DNA of 64,000 nt from the human T2T-CHM13v2.0 reference genome, Homo sapiens: assembly GCF_009914755.1 (NCBI RefSeq), contig NC_060927.1; one strand, written 5' to 3'. The translations under genes were made by a program, and so were the position numbers. The notes beneath the pieces were generated by a model, which did no database searches, was not told where the DNA came from, and worked only from the letters and a program-made list of their open reading frames with translations. Below are positions 24,243 to 46,115 of this stretch, piece after piece; position 1 is the first letter of the stretch, and each line of letters begins with the position of its first letter.

Positions 24243-26010
24243 TTCAAGAACTGAGTTAAAGATTAAATATTAGAACAAAAAGATCCTCCTAGTGCCCTTA
24301 TCCACGAGGGTTTAGGAGCTCTTATCTGAGGACCTGGGGCGGGGGAGAGATCAATATATATGTTTCTTATTATATCAGAATATCACACGTTTATTATTTC
24401 TCTTTAAGTCTTTAGTGTTTGTGTTTGTATGCCTTTAATGAAACCTTAATGAAACTTTCCACTATTTTAAATAGTGCAAAAGCTGGTAAAATAAAAACTT
24501 AAAAAATGAATATGGAATTAAATAAAATACATCATCTTATCTAGCCTCATTTATTTGCTAAAAATAATTTATCAGTCACTAAGGAAAATCAGCTTTTTTC
24601 AAATTTTCCTATGAATGGGACAGATACTGCATTTAAAAAAATCTCTAAGATTAACCAGCTATACATTTATTCTGATGAACTGGTCCAATTAGCCTCTTTA
24701 TCTGCTTGTGCTATTAAGAGGTAGAAGTTAAGAAAAAAAAATCCAGCTTTGGTTTAATATTTTTCTGAAAATTACTGAACACATTTGGGAATAAACAGCA
24801 GATTGCCCCCTTGATATATATTTAAAGTGGATTTTGTAACCTGCTGTGGGATGGGAGATTTCTAAAATGCAGCCCCTGATATCAAGGTCTCTTATTATGG
24901 CCGTGGTGCCACTGGGATTGGATGACAATTCCTCTTCCTCGCAGAGATTCATTTAAGTGACTCCTAAGTACCTGAGTGTTGAATTTACCCCAGCCTCTTA
25001 GGAGCAAGGGGATATTGAAGGACCTAACTGTGTGTATTTATTTTTTTAAAAAGGATTAAATACCAATTTTTAGCAGAGGCTGAGATCCGATAGTCTCTTT
25101 TTAATCTTTGGGGTATTCTCTGGTAGAAGAGCTCAGTTTTTGCCTAATATTTTTCTTAAAACAACAGTCCTTGCTATTTTAATCTGTCACTCCCTGGAGC
25201 AAAAGAGCATGGCTGAGCATCCAAGATTACATTTCCTGACTCTTATCATATAACTGAAGCTTCTCTTCAATGTAGTATTTTGAACCTAATACAACTTTCT
25301 TTCTGTGTATGGAAGGCCTTCATATTCTTCATATTCTTCTCTTTTATCTTCCTGTTTTCATTCCTTTCATCAGATCCAGCATTATATATTAAACAAGCTA
25401 ATTAGTTAAAAGGCATTTCAGGAATATATTAGAAAATGTAGAAAGTGAGGAAGGTGCATTAGAGATTTATTCAGCACCTACAGTTTATATGAAGGAAGAG
25501 AGAATGGAGATCAGTGAAGTTAGGACTTTTCAAGGTTCCAAAGCAAGTTCACAGCTGATATTTTTTGTAACTCTACTCAGGTTGTGGATTAGTTTACACT
25601 GTGATTCTTGTGACAACAATGAAAATAATTCCTTAGTTTATTAATGGCTTCAAAAAGACTAAGTTAGCAATACAAATCCTCTAAAGTTGTATGCAGAAAA
25701 TACATATTGCTGCTTGCATAATTGGTTTTCTAGAAGCATGGATATAATGCTAAATAAATGGAAACATATTTCAATATTGTTGCATTGATATTTATTCTAT
25801 AATACACTCATGTTTGCTTTGCACTACTCATATTGTATGTACTTAGAAATCCTTGAAAAACAGAGTTTAGAGAGAGCTTTAATTAAAATAGTAATGAGCA
25901 CTCGATTACCAAAATTGATTTTAATCATAAGAAAATATCATCCTTCTTCCTGATCTCTTGGCACCCTTGCTGTGCTCACAGATTCTTTCTTGGAAAAGTG
26001 GACTTTTCTT

Positions 26011-26306
<296 letters not shown>

Positions 26307-26790
26307 GACTTTTCTTGTCTTGATGGCATATGCTGCTATGGTTTTTCCCCAAATATCCTGTGGGACTTTTGTTCTGTCCGCTTTGTTCCCTCCTATTTTG
26401 CTTTTATCTCTTAAATTTAGCAAACTCCAAGTGTTTTCCCTTGTTTCTTTTAATTGCTATCCCCATACTCTGTTTTGTCCAATATTTTCACAACTTCAAC
26501 AGTCATCTCTGTTTACGTGATTTCAAGTACTATACTTTCAGCTTCAACATTTTTCCAACTACTGATACTGCCTGTTAAATATCTTCACTTTGATGTTTGC
26601 TGGTATAGCAAGTTCAATATGGCCATATGGGGACTCATTATCTGCTCAACATCCTACAATTCACTTGCCCTCCTTATTCTTCTCTTTCTGTGTAATGTCA
26701 CATTTCTCTCAGCTACTTCTCTTTCCAGGCTCAACACCAAGAATAATTTTTTCCTATATCAATTCCTTATCCCTGATCTTCAAAGAATTG

Positions 26791-27149
26791 TTTCTATGTT
26801 CTGAATGTTTATTTCCCCCAAAATTCCTATATTGAAACCTAATCTCCAAGGTGATGGTATTAAGAGGTGGTGCCTTTGGGAGGTGATTATTTCATGAGGG
26901 TAGATTCCTTACGAATGGGATTAGTGCCCTTATGAAAAAAAAAAAAAACAACTGAGGAGCTGGTTTCCACCATGTGAGGATACATAGAAGGTGCCATCTA
27001 TGAGAAACAGGCCCTCACCAGACATGAAACCTGCCAACACCTTGATCCTGGACTTCCCAGCCTCCAGAACTGTGAGCAATAGATTTCTGTTGTTTACAAA
27101 TTACTTACTCAAAGGTATGTTATCGTAACAGACTGCACGGACTAAGACA
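26791..27149 (+). mobile_element. MaLR solo LTR (MLT1A-like) within an L2 remnant
   Basis: 'ctgaatgtttatttcccccaaaattc' ... 'ggactaagaca'. Confidence 0.8.
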
Positions 27150-27627
27150 ATTTTCATCTTGGCAGATTTTACTACTGAAATGTTCTCTCATTTATCCTCA
27201 GTCTTGTATTGCTCTCTTAAATCTTCATTTATGTCTTCATTAACTCTTTACAGACTTCCGAAAGAGTTACCTGTTGGTTTCCCTGCTTTTGAAAGTCTTA
27301 GCAAATTACCCTGTAAACATATGTGATGTTAATCTGCTTAAAACATAGCCTCAGATCACATGCTCAAAGGCTTCCAATGGTCCCTACTGACTTATAAAGG
27401 TTTTCATCAAAACGTACTAGATTTTGTGGGAAATGGCTTCAAACTACATTGCCATTGTTTTTTCTTTCACTTTTCAACAAATACTCTACATAAGTGCTTC
27501 TCAGATTTAAGGTGCATACAAATCAAATGTAGGTCATTCACTGTCCTTGGAAAGTTTTATTTGCTTTTTTGGTTCTGTGCTGTTCACTGTTTGCAATACC
27601 TTGCTGTTACATCTCCCTTTATTATAA

Positions 27628-28012
<385 letters not shown>

Positions 28013-29429
28013 ATCTATAGTATATTCTTTATGACACTTAACTATATTACCTGGCATGATAGTTTCTCAAATAGAATATAAAAATTTTGAAGACAAGAAC
28101 TATACTTCTTTTCCCTCTGTATCTCCCATAGATCTTGCACAACACTTCACATGCAGTAGGTGGGTGCTTAATAACTATTGTTTAAATTATTCTACACAGT
28201 TGAGCCACACTGATAAAACAAACCACTAGTAAACAGATTTCAGTTCATAATTAATGTTTGTGATATTTCCTGTAAACTGGAAAAGCTAAGATTCTCTTAG
28301 CAGTGGTCTTTTCAGAAATGTTTGTGTAAATTCCAAATATCAAACTCTGCACTACTGTGAAACTATTTCAGACGTCAAGTCAACTTAGTGTTTGAAACTA
28401 AACAGGAAAATGCTAAGTGTTAATGAATATAAAGAAGGTTAAATATTTTTACTTGTTATTATTTTTTTTACAGGAAAACCTAAACTGATAAAAATAAGGA
28501 GGAGGAGGATGTTACTGCAGTGAACTGGGTTCTTTTAACAATTTATTCCACGTATTGTTTGAGAAAGGCCATGTGTTCTCAATGAAGTGAGATCGCCACA
28601 TGTTGTCTCAGTGTGTCACCACTCAAGCAGAGGGAGAATTGTGTCCATTGTTAAGAAGTGGAAATTGCCAGAGATGAAGACTTAAAAGAAAAAATGCCCC
28701 TGGGGTTCTCATTCAGCCATTCAGATTTCTTGTGCTGTTAATACATGCCAAGCAATGTGTTATGGATTCAGAACTGAAAGCCATAATCTTTTTCTTATAA
28801 TCAGCTAAAAAATCTAGTGGGAAAGATATAAAAATAAATAATCACTAATAAAACAATGTGACAAGTAGTGGTTAATTAGGGAAACTACAGAGTCTAAAAG
28901 AATACATAGGATATGTTTGGTAGAACAGGCGGGTGAGGACATTTCAAATTGAGCAGTGTTTCTGAGAGAAGTATCTTTCTTTCTTTCTTTCTTTTTCTTT
29001 CTTTTTCTTTCTTTCGTTCTTTCTCTTTCATTATTACTCACCTAAGGAAACTTTTCAGAGCCTTGTTCTAAACACTAGCACTTGCTCCCAATAAAATGTC
29101 AATACCACAGATATATTGAATGTCCCTATATGTATGGTGGTCTGTTGAAGAGCTACAAACCTCTGTAATATCTACAGCTTTTTCATCCTCTAACAAACAA
29201 TTTTTATCTGTTTGTGGCAATATGACCCCCACTGAGAATGCCTGACATTGTAGTACTAGCATGCCTAGATCTTGTCAAGTAACTTCATTTCCCTAGGGTC
29301 AATTTTGGCAAACTTTTTGTGCCAGAGTGGCCTCACATTGTTTTCCCTTCCTTGATTTCAGCTATTTTTTAAAATCTGATTATGGCTTAAAGATTGCAAC
29401 TAACTGGCATTTGGGGTTATACCTCTGCA

Positions 29430-29855
29430 TTTAGTAGGCTGAGTTACTTCTGCAAGTAAGAGAAAAGTAAAAACAGTGGTTTCCACAAGTTTGTTGCTCA
29501 CTCTGGGAGTATGACTCCTCTGTTCAGTGCTGTCTGGAAGGATCCCAGACTACTTTCAGTTACACTGCTTTGCCAACTCTAGGAAGTGGCCCTTGTCCAA
29601 GTTGGCTTCTACAGCCTACATAGCAGGAGGAAGGAACATAGAAGTAGGGAGATGATCATGTGACAGCTGCCTCTTAAGGGAGGTATCTAGAAAGCTGCCA
29701 CATTGCACTCTGACTTATAGCCCATTTGGCCAGGGTTTAGTCACATGCCCACACCTGGCTATGCAGGAGATTGGATATTGTCATCTTTATTCTGGTGGCC
29801 ATGTGCCCAGCTGAAATGGAAGAATGAGGGAATGGATATTGGAGGACTACCAGTG
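29430..29855 (-). mobile_element. Old MaLR LTR (MLT1-type)
   Basis: 'ttggccagggtttagtcacatgcccacacctggct' and 'aatggatattgg' MLT1 motifs. Confidence 0.55.
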
Positions 29856-32756
29856 CTCTTGTTAGTTTCCTTGCTAAAGACTTTTGCTTTAAAGAAATTA
29901 TTTTTGCTAGACAAATAAAAGTGTAACATTTACTGAAATTAAAATAAAATATATTAAAATGATCTGCAGTCTAACACGTAACAGATTAAACTGCTTTCAT
30001 AGTTTTCCACCATAAAATTCTTATCTAGGCATGATTTTTATATTGTTACAATTAGCAGTCAGATATAATTGTTTCTTTTTCAGTTTGTGTTATAAGTAGT
30101 ATTCTAGGTTGTTATATAATCCTCATAATTTTAAGGGCTTTAGAGATGCTGCAATAAACATTTTCATGTATATTAACTTTTCCTTGTGTAGGATAATTTT
30201 CTTTATCTATGTGTCTACCAAAAGTAGGGTAATTGGATCAAAGGCTATGATAATTTTGCATGTCTTGAAACACAAGAAAAAAATATTTTTCCAAAAAGAA
30301 TCTTCCAATTTTGTCATTTTGTTTCATTAGTGATTGTTTATTTTTCATCACTTTTATTAGTTAGATATGACACTGTCTGCTTGATTACCAAATATTCTTA
30401 TTTTACGCATTTAAAAAGCCACATTACTCTTATTTCAATGTGTTCTTTTGATAACTGGCAGAGTTGAACATTTATACATATATATTAAATATTATCTTAC
30501 CAACTTTAATTCCAATTACTCATATACTTTCTTCAAATGTTAGTATTATTTTAAATACCAATTTGTACAAGATTTCTATGCAATATAGATATGGTCTTTG
30601 GAATGTAAAATTTGCTGTAGATATGTGTCTAAATCTGTTTTCTAGTTATTATAAAATCATTATTATTATCATTCCACTGATCTTTCTTCCCTCATATTCT
30701 CTGTCAAAATGCATTCTTCAGGAAATAAAAAATTAAAGGACTAGTCAAAATACATGTCAAACACCAATGAAAAGCAAATGTTAGCTCAAACATTGCTTAG
30801 CCAAGGAAACATTTATTTTAATAAATTTTCCTCTCTGATTAGTTTTCTCTTGAACACTGCTAAAATAAACGCACACACACAAAATCAATGTTCAGGATTT
30901 TCTGATTATTTGCTGTGATTGTGTGGTTTAATCCATTTGAAACTAGAAGAACATAGTGCTGTTCACACTCCGCTGGAGGAAACACAATTTCACAGTTTGG
31001 TTCCCAGCACTGCCTTGCAGGGCTGCTATCGTAATATGTTTCTAGCTCTGGACATGCAAGCACAAGTCTCTCACTTTGGCTTCTCAGTGGGGAAGGAGAG
31101 AAACACTAGAGGAAACAGCAATTAGATCAATATATAATAATACAAAAGCTACAGAATTGTTCCCCATACTCATATGTATGTTACCGAAGTAGTATGACTC
31201 TTTCCCACTCAAACAATGATTTATTTTTTCAGGAAGACTGGTTTAGATTTGTGCAAGCTGAAACACAGGAAGCAGCCTGAGAAATTAAGGAACTCTGCTC
31301 TGTATGTAGAGCATTATTAGCTGGGTTTTTTGTTTGTTCGTAACTAGAAGAAAAGAAATGACCAAATCCAAGAATTTAATCAGCCATGAGATTTGTGCTG
31401 AAAATTTTTTTATGGATAAGATACAAAAAAATCTGTTACTAAAAATTGTTATGAAAATAAACCAGTTTAAAGGACATAATCTCATAACATGCAGGGTAGT
31501 GGACATTATTATTTATGTTTTTGTGACTCTTTTTTTAAAAAAAAACTTGTCACTGAGCAACCAGAAGAGTCTAACATTGCTTGAGCAAGTGCTACTCCAG
31601 TGCTGTGGAGACATATGACATCAGACTTCTCACTGACACTGCTTTCTACCAGAGACAATATGATATATGAGAAAATGATCTGGCTTTCGGCTCAGCTAAA
31701 TTTGGGGACAAATTGCAGCTCATTCACTCCCTTCAGTGTCCCTGGGTAAGTTTACTAACCTTTCTGTCTCTCCCTATTGTACGATTTCTAAAAGGTGATA
31801 TAGATACCTTGCAAGGTAGGTGTGAAGATCTGTGATAATCTATATAGAATATCCACTGTAATGGCTATAATGAAGTGGGAATTCAATAGCTGATAGTTGC
31901 TACTCTTCTCCCTAATCCAGTTTATCCTACATTTTTTTTTTTCTTGGAAATGTATGGCAAATATTTCTTAATCTTGTTTGCACCTCTATGGCCATTTTTT
32001 TTCTATGCCCATGGAAGACACAGTTAATTGATTGTAGTGCTGTATTCTACCGTGTTTAGATAGTCTTTGAATCTGATTATCTTATAAATTTGCTGAGGAA
32101 GATACTATATTTTTTCTTTTTTTGTAAGTATTATAATTTCCAGTATACATTGCATACAAGAAAAGACACATTCATTGAATTATTTCTCCATTTGGGCATT
32201 TGAATCATATTATAGTTTAATTTTGTACAATACTGGAAAAATGAAAGCAGTAGAAATTAATTTGTGCCATAATATTGAAAAAAATATATATTTCCCCAGG
32301 TTAGTCTAGAACTCCTGGCCTCAAATGATCCTCTTGCCTCAACCTTCCTAGTAGCTGGGATTACAGGTGTCTGCTACCAAAAGCAAAATGAATTTTCTTT
32401 TGAGAGCTGATACTGAGTAGAAGCAGTTTATATTATAAATAGATTCATAACTCTAGCCTGACTAGGTTAACTTTCACCTGATTGATCTCTGCTAGTTTCA
32501 GGAAGAGATCCAGAATTTAAAGGGCAAAGAGTCCCTAGCACTTTGTTGTTTCTTTTCTGTGATAGTGCTGAACGCTCTGAGAACGTTCAGAAGCAAGTGA
32601 GCTTATACAAACCATACCATTAGGGAAAGGTAAAAGTACTGCCTCAAGCACTAGGCCTGCACTGCCCAAAAGTGGGACAGCAGTTGGTGTCAATCTGAAG
32701 CAAAAGTTCCCAAAGACTATTTCTTCAAGGAAGGTGGGGAGAGTTGTCATAGACAG

Positions 32757-33113
32757 TGCTATGGTTTAAATGTGTCCCTCCAAAACCATGTGTTGGAAAC
32801 TTAATCCTCAATGCAACAGTGTTGGGAGGTGGACTAATGGGAGGTGTTTAGGCCATGAGGTCTCCACTCTCATGAATGGATTAATGCTAATTATAAAAGG
32901 GTTTGAGACTGCGAGTGTAATCTCTTGCTCTCTCCCTCTCACGTGCCCTTCTACCTTCTTTCATGGGATGATGCAGCAAGAAGATCTTCATCAGACATGG
33001 CCACTTGATCTTCGACCTCCTAGCCTCCAGGACCATGAGTCAACTAAGTTTCTTTTTTTATAAATTACCTGGTGTCTGGTATTTTGTTATAGCAACACAA
33101 AATGGACTAAGAG
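32757..33113 (+). mobile_element. MaLR solo LTR (MSTC/MSTD-like)
   Basis: 'tgctatggtttaaatgtgtccctcc' ... 'aatggactaaga'. Confidence 0.85.
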
Positions 33114-33242
33114 AGTTTAAATAATTGTCTTTTTTCTGTTATTCTTTGAGAGATGGAACCCACATATTGAGTGAATAGTAAACAAATCTCCCTTTAGGAA
33201 TGAAAAGAAAAACATTTAAATTCAGGACACTCTCTCTATTGA

Positions 33243-33897
33243 TGTGGTAGGCAGAATTCTGATATGACCCTCAAAATTCCCCCATACCCTAGAGTACACG
33301 TCCTGTATTATTCACTCCTCTTGAGTGATAATAGAAAGAATGTCACTCCTGTGATTATGTTCCATTAGATGAGAAAGGTGAGGAAATTTTGCTGGTAGAA
33401 TTAAGCCTGCAAATAAGGTGATTTTGAGATAATCACATGAAAATTATCCTGGGTAGGCTTGATCTAATCAGTCAAGCCATTAGAAGAGACTGAGGTCTTC
33501 CTGATGTTGGATGGATTTGAAGCAACAGTGATGTTCTCTTCTTGGCCTTAAAGAAGCAAATTGTCATTGTGTGGAGAGGGCGCTATGGAAGGAACAGTAG
33601 GTGGCTTTTAGAGGCTAGAACAATACATGGCTGACGGCCGGCAATAAAGCAGCAATCTCAGTTTTATAGCTGCAAGGAAATGAATTTTGACAATAACCAG
33701 TGAGCTTGAAAGAGGACCCTGAGTCTCAGATAAGAACATAGTCCCAGCCAACACTTTGATTTCACTTGGTTAGACCCTGAGATGATGATGCAATTAACCA
33801 GTGTCCAGATTCATCAAATCTGTGAGATAATACATTTGCATGATTCTGAACCTCTATGTTTGTAATGATTTGTTATATAGCAATGGAAAACTAATAC
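33243..33897 (+). mobile_element. MaLR solo LTR (MLT1E-like)
   Basis: 'tgtggtaggcagaattct' ... 'gttatatagcaatggaaaactaatac'. Confidence 0.8.
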
Positions 33898-34129
33898 TCT
33901 TGGCTAAGAAAAAAATTTGAATCCCTCATTTTTTTTCCTCCCATAAAGGAAAACATTACTTGTATTTCTTAAAGCCAATTATTTCACTTAGGGGTGTCTT
34001 TAAAATTTAATTTTAACATTTATTTATTTATTTTAAATGGAATCAGAATCTTTATTACAGATATCCTTTAAGAACACAGGAAGAAAAGATAGCCATGTAC
34101 AAAGGGTTTTTTTTTTTCCAAATATAAAC

Positions 34130-40085
<5,956 letters not shown>

Positions 40086-40822
40086 TATCTTTATGTTCAG
40101 TTTATGTATGTGCTTCACAGTTGATTCATCCATATTAACTTAAAAAGACTACATATAGGTTAGCTAAAGAAAGTAGATAATTAAAACAATTATTTAGATG
40201 AGCAAAGCAGAGGAAGTGATCATCTGAGACAAAACATTTTATATTTGAATTGAAATGAAAAACAGTTATGTATATAACTTTTCAATTTTGTGTCATTTTT
40301 GGAAAAATATTATTTTTTTAGTCATTTAAATTGTAAACCCTAGAGTCAGTTTTGAGCTGCCTGTACGATAGCCCATGCTTATCTCTCTAGTATACTTTCC
40401 ATGTAACCTATTACCAAGCTCTGTAATTTCTATCTCCTCAATATCTATACATCTAATTCTTTCTTTGCTTTGTCTTTGTCTTTTTCTCCAAGACAGCCCT
40501 TCATAGGAATATCTTAACAAGTCTTCTCTTCAATTAAATGCCCCACATATAAAGATTAATTGTGCATTTTACTTCAAAGCATTAAAATATTTTCCATTGT
40601 TGATTTATGAAAAGGGTCCTCTGCTTACTAAGGTGCTTCTGCAATGTGGCTTCCTACCATGTGATTAGCAACATCTCAACTTCTTCTTTCCATGAACCCA
40701 AAAGGAACTCAAATCCACAATACAGCCAAACACATCCTTTCTTTTTCAGCCTTTGTCTTTTTTGTTGTAGTTTCTGCTAGATCTTCATTTTCAAATTCAT
40801 TCTTTCAAAATCTTACACAAAT

Positions 40823-40888
40823 ATCAGGGTCCTATTAATCAAGCATCAGAGTCCCATTCATCAAGGATCAGGGTCCCATTCACAAAGC
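40823..40888. repeat. 3 x 22-bp tandem repeat
   Basis: atcagggtcctattaatcaagc / atcagagtcccattcatcaagg / atcagggtcccattcacaaagc. Confidence 0.85.
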
Positions 40889-42745
40889 ATTTAATTCAGG
40901 AAGCAATCCTTGATCTCCCCTTCCTGATGAAGTCACTCCTCTGAGCCCTGTTAGCACTCTCTACCCCTCTATATCACTTATATCCTGATTATTAATATGC
41001 ATATTTGTAGGGTTATCTTATTAACGACCTTGTACTCTCCCGACACTGTGACTATCATCTTAAGAGTAAAGTTTCTTATTTATAATTTCATTCTCCACAT
41101 TGCCTACTTTTGCATCTTACAATGCTATTTACTAGTTTTTCACATGTATGTGAGAACTAAATTGAATTTTTATTTTTGACAGATAATAAAAAAAGCATTT
41201 CATTTATAAAATGAAGCATATAGTTGAAATAAGTAGGAGTGAAAGAGGTATTTAGTTATGATCAAATATATTAAGAAAATTTGCTGTTCTAGTTTTCAAT
41301 GTACCAGAGTTCTATTTTAGTTAAATTATTTTTCTCTTTTAACCCTTCTCTCCCTTATGTTCTTTCATTTTTACTATATATGTATTCATATAGACACAGA
41401 GTGACTATTTCTCTTCCCTGATATCAAAGAATTTTTTCTCTATTTGATTTTTCCCTAGGGTTAGGCAGAGTGATTTAGAATAAACCAAATTTGACTTGAA
41501 TCCTTACACATTTCTACAAATGTCAAAGTTTTAAATTGCATAACTCTGTATAGAATTTATGAAATCTTGAGTTTCTCTTGGATTCTGCTTTGAGCAACAA
41601 AACATACCATGCTTAAAATTGAGTTCATCTGGAGAACACAAAGTAATGTCAAAAAATACTACTCAGCATATCACTTCCTCAGAAATATCTCAGTATACTC
41701 AACATACCTATCTATAAAACAGCAAACTTCTAAGCTGTGGAAGTGAATAAAATTGATATTAGTCAGTGACTTCCCTGTGGGAAGAAGGGTGGCAGTGTAA
41801 ATGCAGAGTAAAGGCTGAATGAAGTCTATATATGTTTGGGGGTATTTTCAGCAGCGGTTCTTTCAAAAGTCATTTCATTTATGGCTTTTTTGGTGATTTT
41901 GCACAAAATAACCTAGATACATTTAATCTTTACATTTTCAGAAGAAACCTGCTCAGTTTGGAGCATGTTCACTTCTTTTGAAATGTTGATGTTGAAAGCT
42001 GCATATAGATCTTTTGAGAGGCCACATGCTTGAGATTCTATTTTTAAATTTTCATGACAGCTTTTACACTCTCCTGAGCATGCTGGATCTAAGTTTCTAC
42101 TGAAGCATGTAATTACCAGCAATGACTTAGCATCTGCCATGTGGTGCCAAGTAATGGTAAATGGAAGCAATGTCAGAAAGAGAAGATTGGCAAGTTGGAA
42201 ATACTGAGATAACTCAGAGACTCACCTACTCTGGCAAACACTCTCACCATTGCTGGCAGCACAAGAGAACTTTACTTGCAAGAAATGCTTATGTAATATT
42301 TAAAGTGCCCTACATCAGAGAAAATAAAAGGGTTACTTTTTTTTTGTTGTTGTTGTTTAGAATAAAGACATAATATCATTGACTGAATGCCCTACTCTTC
42401 CAAAACTATTTCTTACCTAACTTGTCATTTTATTTTACTACCTCCACTATTTGGTTTGCTCCTTTGGATGAGAATATTGTCTATAGAAGGTAACTCTCAA
42501 AACATAGCTATGAGATAAAGACCTAGGAATGGGGTTGAAGATGAAGCTGTAATTTAGCTTTAGGGTATACAGGAATCACCTATAGAGACTTTTAAAATTA
42601 CAAATTCCTGGACTCAGCCTTCAGAGATTCAAATTCAGTAGGTTTGGAATTAAGCGGAGCAATCTTCATTTTTCTGAAGCACTGAGACCTTGGACCAGAT
42701 GGGAAAGATATCACTCTAACTTGAAAAAAGCTACCTTTTAGCCTC

Positions 42746-43194
42746 TGCCTTAGTCCATTGGTGTTGTTATAAAGGAATACTTGAGACAGAGAAACTTATA
42801 AGAAAAGAGGTTTATTTGTCTCATGGTTCTGTAGGTTGTACAAGAAGCATAGCACCAGCATCTGCTTCCATTCTGGGATTTAGTGTGTTTCCACTCACAG
42901 CAAAAGGTGAAGGGGAGTTGGTGTGTGCAGAGATCACACGGCAAGAGAGGAAGCAAGAAAGAACTGGGGTTGGAGGAAACATCAGGCACTTTTTAACAGC
43001 CAGATCTCACAGGGACTGAGGAACTAATAGAGCTACAGAGAGAATTCACTTACTAATTACCATGAGAACAGCACCAAGCCATTCATGAGGGACCCACCTT
43101 CAAGACCCAAACACCTCCCCTTTGCACCACCTCCAACATTGGGAATCAAATTTCAACATGAGATTTGAGGGGTCAAACAAACCAAACTATAGCA
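42746..43194 (-). mobile_element. MaLR solo LTR (MSTB-like)
   Basis: 'tgccttagtccatt' ... 'caaactatagca'; perfect 5-bp TSD gcctc (42741-42745 and 43195-43199). Confidence 0.9.
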
Positions 43195-43652
43195 GCCTCT
43201 GTCTATTTCCAGTATAAACTGTGGACAAGCAGAATTCTAGAGTCTCCCAGGAGCATGACAGAACTGCAAAATCACAGATTCACACCATCTATAGAATCAG
43301 AATTTGCATTTTGACAAGATCCACAGGTAATTCCTATACACATTAGAATGTGAGCAGCACCACTTCAGTAAACACATAGGATTTAGTTCCTGCTGTGTAG
43401 TTAATTAGATTAGCTGTTACATTGACTAGAGAAGGGAGAGTAGGAGGTAGAACAGTAAGTTTGGATGGAAAGGTGAGCATTAGTTTGGAAGATGGTGGTG
43501 GAAGGCTTGAGGCAGTTTGGTGGAAACAATATGGGAACAGAACTGGCAATTAAGCCTTGAGAGGCAGATTTCACAATGATTCCAGGGGCCCTTCAGCCCC
43601 GTGTTAAAAAGTGCTATCCTGTATTTCTTATCTTTAGTTTGAAAAAATTTTA

Positions 43653-44000
<348 letters not shown>

Positions 44001-44009
44001 TTAAAGTCC

Positions 44010-44235
44010 TAGTATTTGAAGTACAGTAGAGAAAATATAGTTAATAATAATTTATTGCATATTTCAAAATAGCTAGAAAAGGATAATTGGAATATTTCGA
44101 ACATAAAAAAGGTAAATGTTTGAGGTGATAGATATCTTAATTACCCTGATTTGACCATTACATATTGTACATAGACGTTTATTAAATATTTCATGTATCT
44201 CCCAAATATTGAAACTATTATATATCAATAAACTT
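44010..44235 (+). mobile_element. L1MA-like 3' end
   Basis: 'tttgaggtgatagatatcttaattaccctgatttgaccattacatattgtac' and terminal AATAAA. Confidence 0.75.
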
Positions 44236-45616
44236 AAAGCACATAACAATATTACATATATGTAATTCATTTATACTTTGGATTCCGCATGAAGCAGTTT
44301 TGACAAATTGCTGTTATGGTCTATTCATTGTGCTTTAGTATTTGACTGCTAGAACAGATAGACAGTTTTAAACCCTCCCTGTTTTGAAACTGTGTACAGA
44401 TTGACACAGTCATAGTTACTGAATAATTCAAGGGGAAAATATCTGATATTCCTCAGGTAGCCACGATCTTTAAGCCTGGCTACAGATGCATTTTCCTTGA
44501 ACCAAAAGATCTCAATTAAGATTAAAGTTTCAAGCGAAACATAGGAGCTGCATTCTCTGAATGAGTACTAAATGTGGTGAAATGAGTTCAGCTATTTTGA
44601 ACATCTACCATGCAGAATAAATTTTATAAATAAATTAAATCACATAACCTAATGAATATATTTCTTGTCACTTAGCAAGATAGCTGTTACCAGCTAAATA
44701 CTAAAAGCTGTGTATTTAATTGATAAAAGCACATTTATTACATTAGAAATACGTAAAGTTACCCTGCAATGTGACTACCACACAGAGTTCTGTCTCATTA
44801 ATTCCAAAGAGACATTGTGCAAGTTTTATGGTAATTTTGACAAATTAAGTTTCTTAGTGTTTTTAATTTGGATTTCATAATCTTTCTTGCCAAATAATTA
44901 TTTAACTTCACAAATGCTAGCTTTGTAATAATTAATTGGTATTTAATTATCATATAACCAATGATATTATAATCTCTATATGAAGTTTCATTTCATTTAA
45001 AATAAAACCTCATTTTAATGTAAATTTTTTTCAGATTAGTATCAGTGACAGTTTTTCACATGAGATAGTAAACTTGGTTTACTCTCTGAGCAAGCAAGTA
45101 ATCGTCTTTCAAGATCAGCAAGGAATTTAGGTATTGTTCTTTCTGAAAATTGCCCTAAAGTTGTACTGTCATTTTAAAACATAAGACCATGTCACATACT
45201 TTGGTCCCTTGAGACTCTAACTATAATAATTTTTTGGTTTAGGACATTACAATTAATGGAAAAAGATAAAAATAATGGAAAACTAAGAGGTGTAATTCTG
45301 GGTTCGGTGCACTAATCTAGACAGTATTCTTGTCCCTTAATAAAACATGGCAAGAATCACACATACTTATTTATTTTTTATGTATCACTCTTCTCTACAT
45401 TTCCATAATGAAAAGAATCACCTGAGGTACTTGTTAAAAATACCGCTTCCTGGGGCTTTCTCTGAAAATTCTGATTTACTGGGATTGAAATGAGGCCTTG
45501 GAATTTGTATTTTTTCCAAGGACCTAAATAATTTAAATCATCAAGGGAGGCTAGAAAATACTGTTCTTGTGTTAAGATCTGGAAAAAGGAAATTTAGAAT
45601 CACTTGTGCCTGAACA

Positions 45617-45851
45617 AGGATATATAGATCAGTTCTCCCAACCTTGATTGCATTTTAAAAATTCTGATGGCCGAGGCACACTTAGACCGATTAAATCATA
45701 ATTTCTAAAGTGGGATTCAAGTGTCAGAATGAGTAACTGGGAAACTGCCTCATAGAAGGGTGTGACAGCTAACCAAGTGGTTTCAGAGAATCTGAACAGA
45801 TTTGAAAGTGAAAGACCGGGAAAATAAACATAAGATTAAAAATGCATATTT
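45617..45851 (+). repeat. Left arm (source copy) of a 235-bp perfect inverted repeat; includes a MER5-like fragment
   Basis: Base-by-base reverse complement of 46477-46711 with no mismatch. Confidence 0.97.
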
Positions 45852-45931
45852 TTCAAGGTGATAAAATTCCTATAGTCAGGGCTACTGCTTGCTCACATAG
45901 TGCAGAGATTTATTGAATTAGGAATCTAAGG

Positions 45932-46115
45932 CAGTGGTTTTAAAACTTGACTATGCATCAGCATTATGTGGAGGGCTGGTTAAAACAGTTTGGTTGGTCC
46001 CAGCCCCAGAGTTTGTAATCAGTAGGTCTGGGATGAGTCCCAAGATTTAAATTTGTAATAAGTTTCAGTTGAAGCTGATGCTGCTGGTTCAGATAACACA
46101 CTTTGAAAACAAATG
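45932..46115. mobile_element. MER5A-like hAT element in the spacer
   Basis: 'cagtggttttaaaactt' ... 'cacactttgaaaacaaatg' with 'tcagtaggtctggg'. Confidence 0.75.

Noticed and set aside
28455-28480. Strong-looking splice acceptors (tttttttttacag here, also near 31232)
   Set aside because: Common by chance in AT-rich DNA; no convincing paired donor or reading frame
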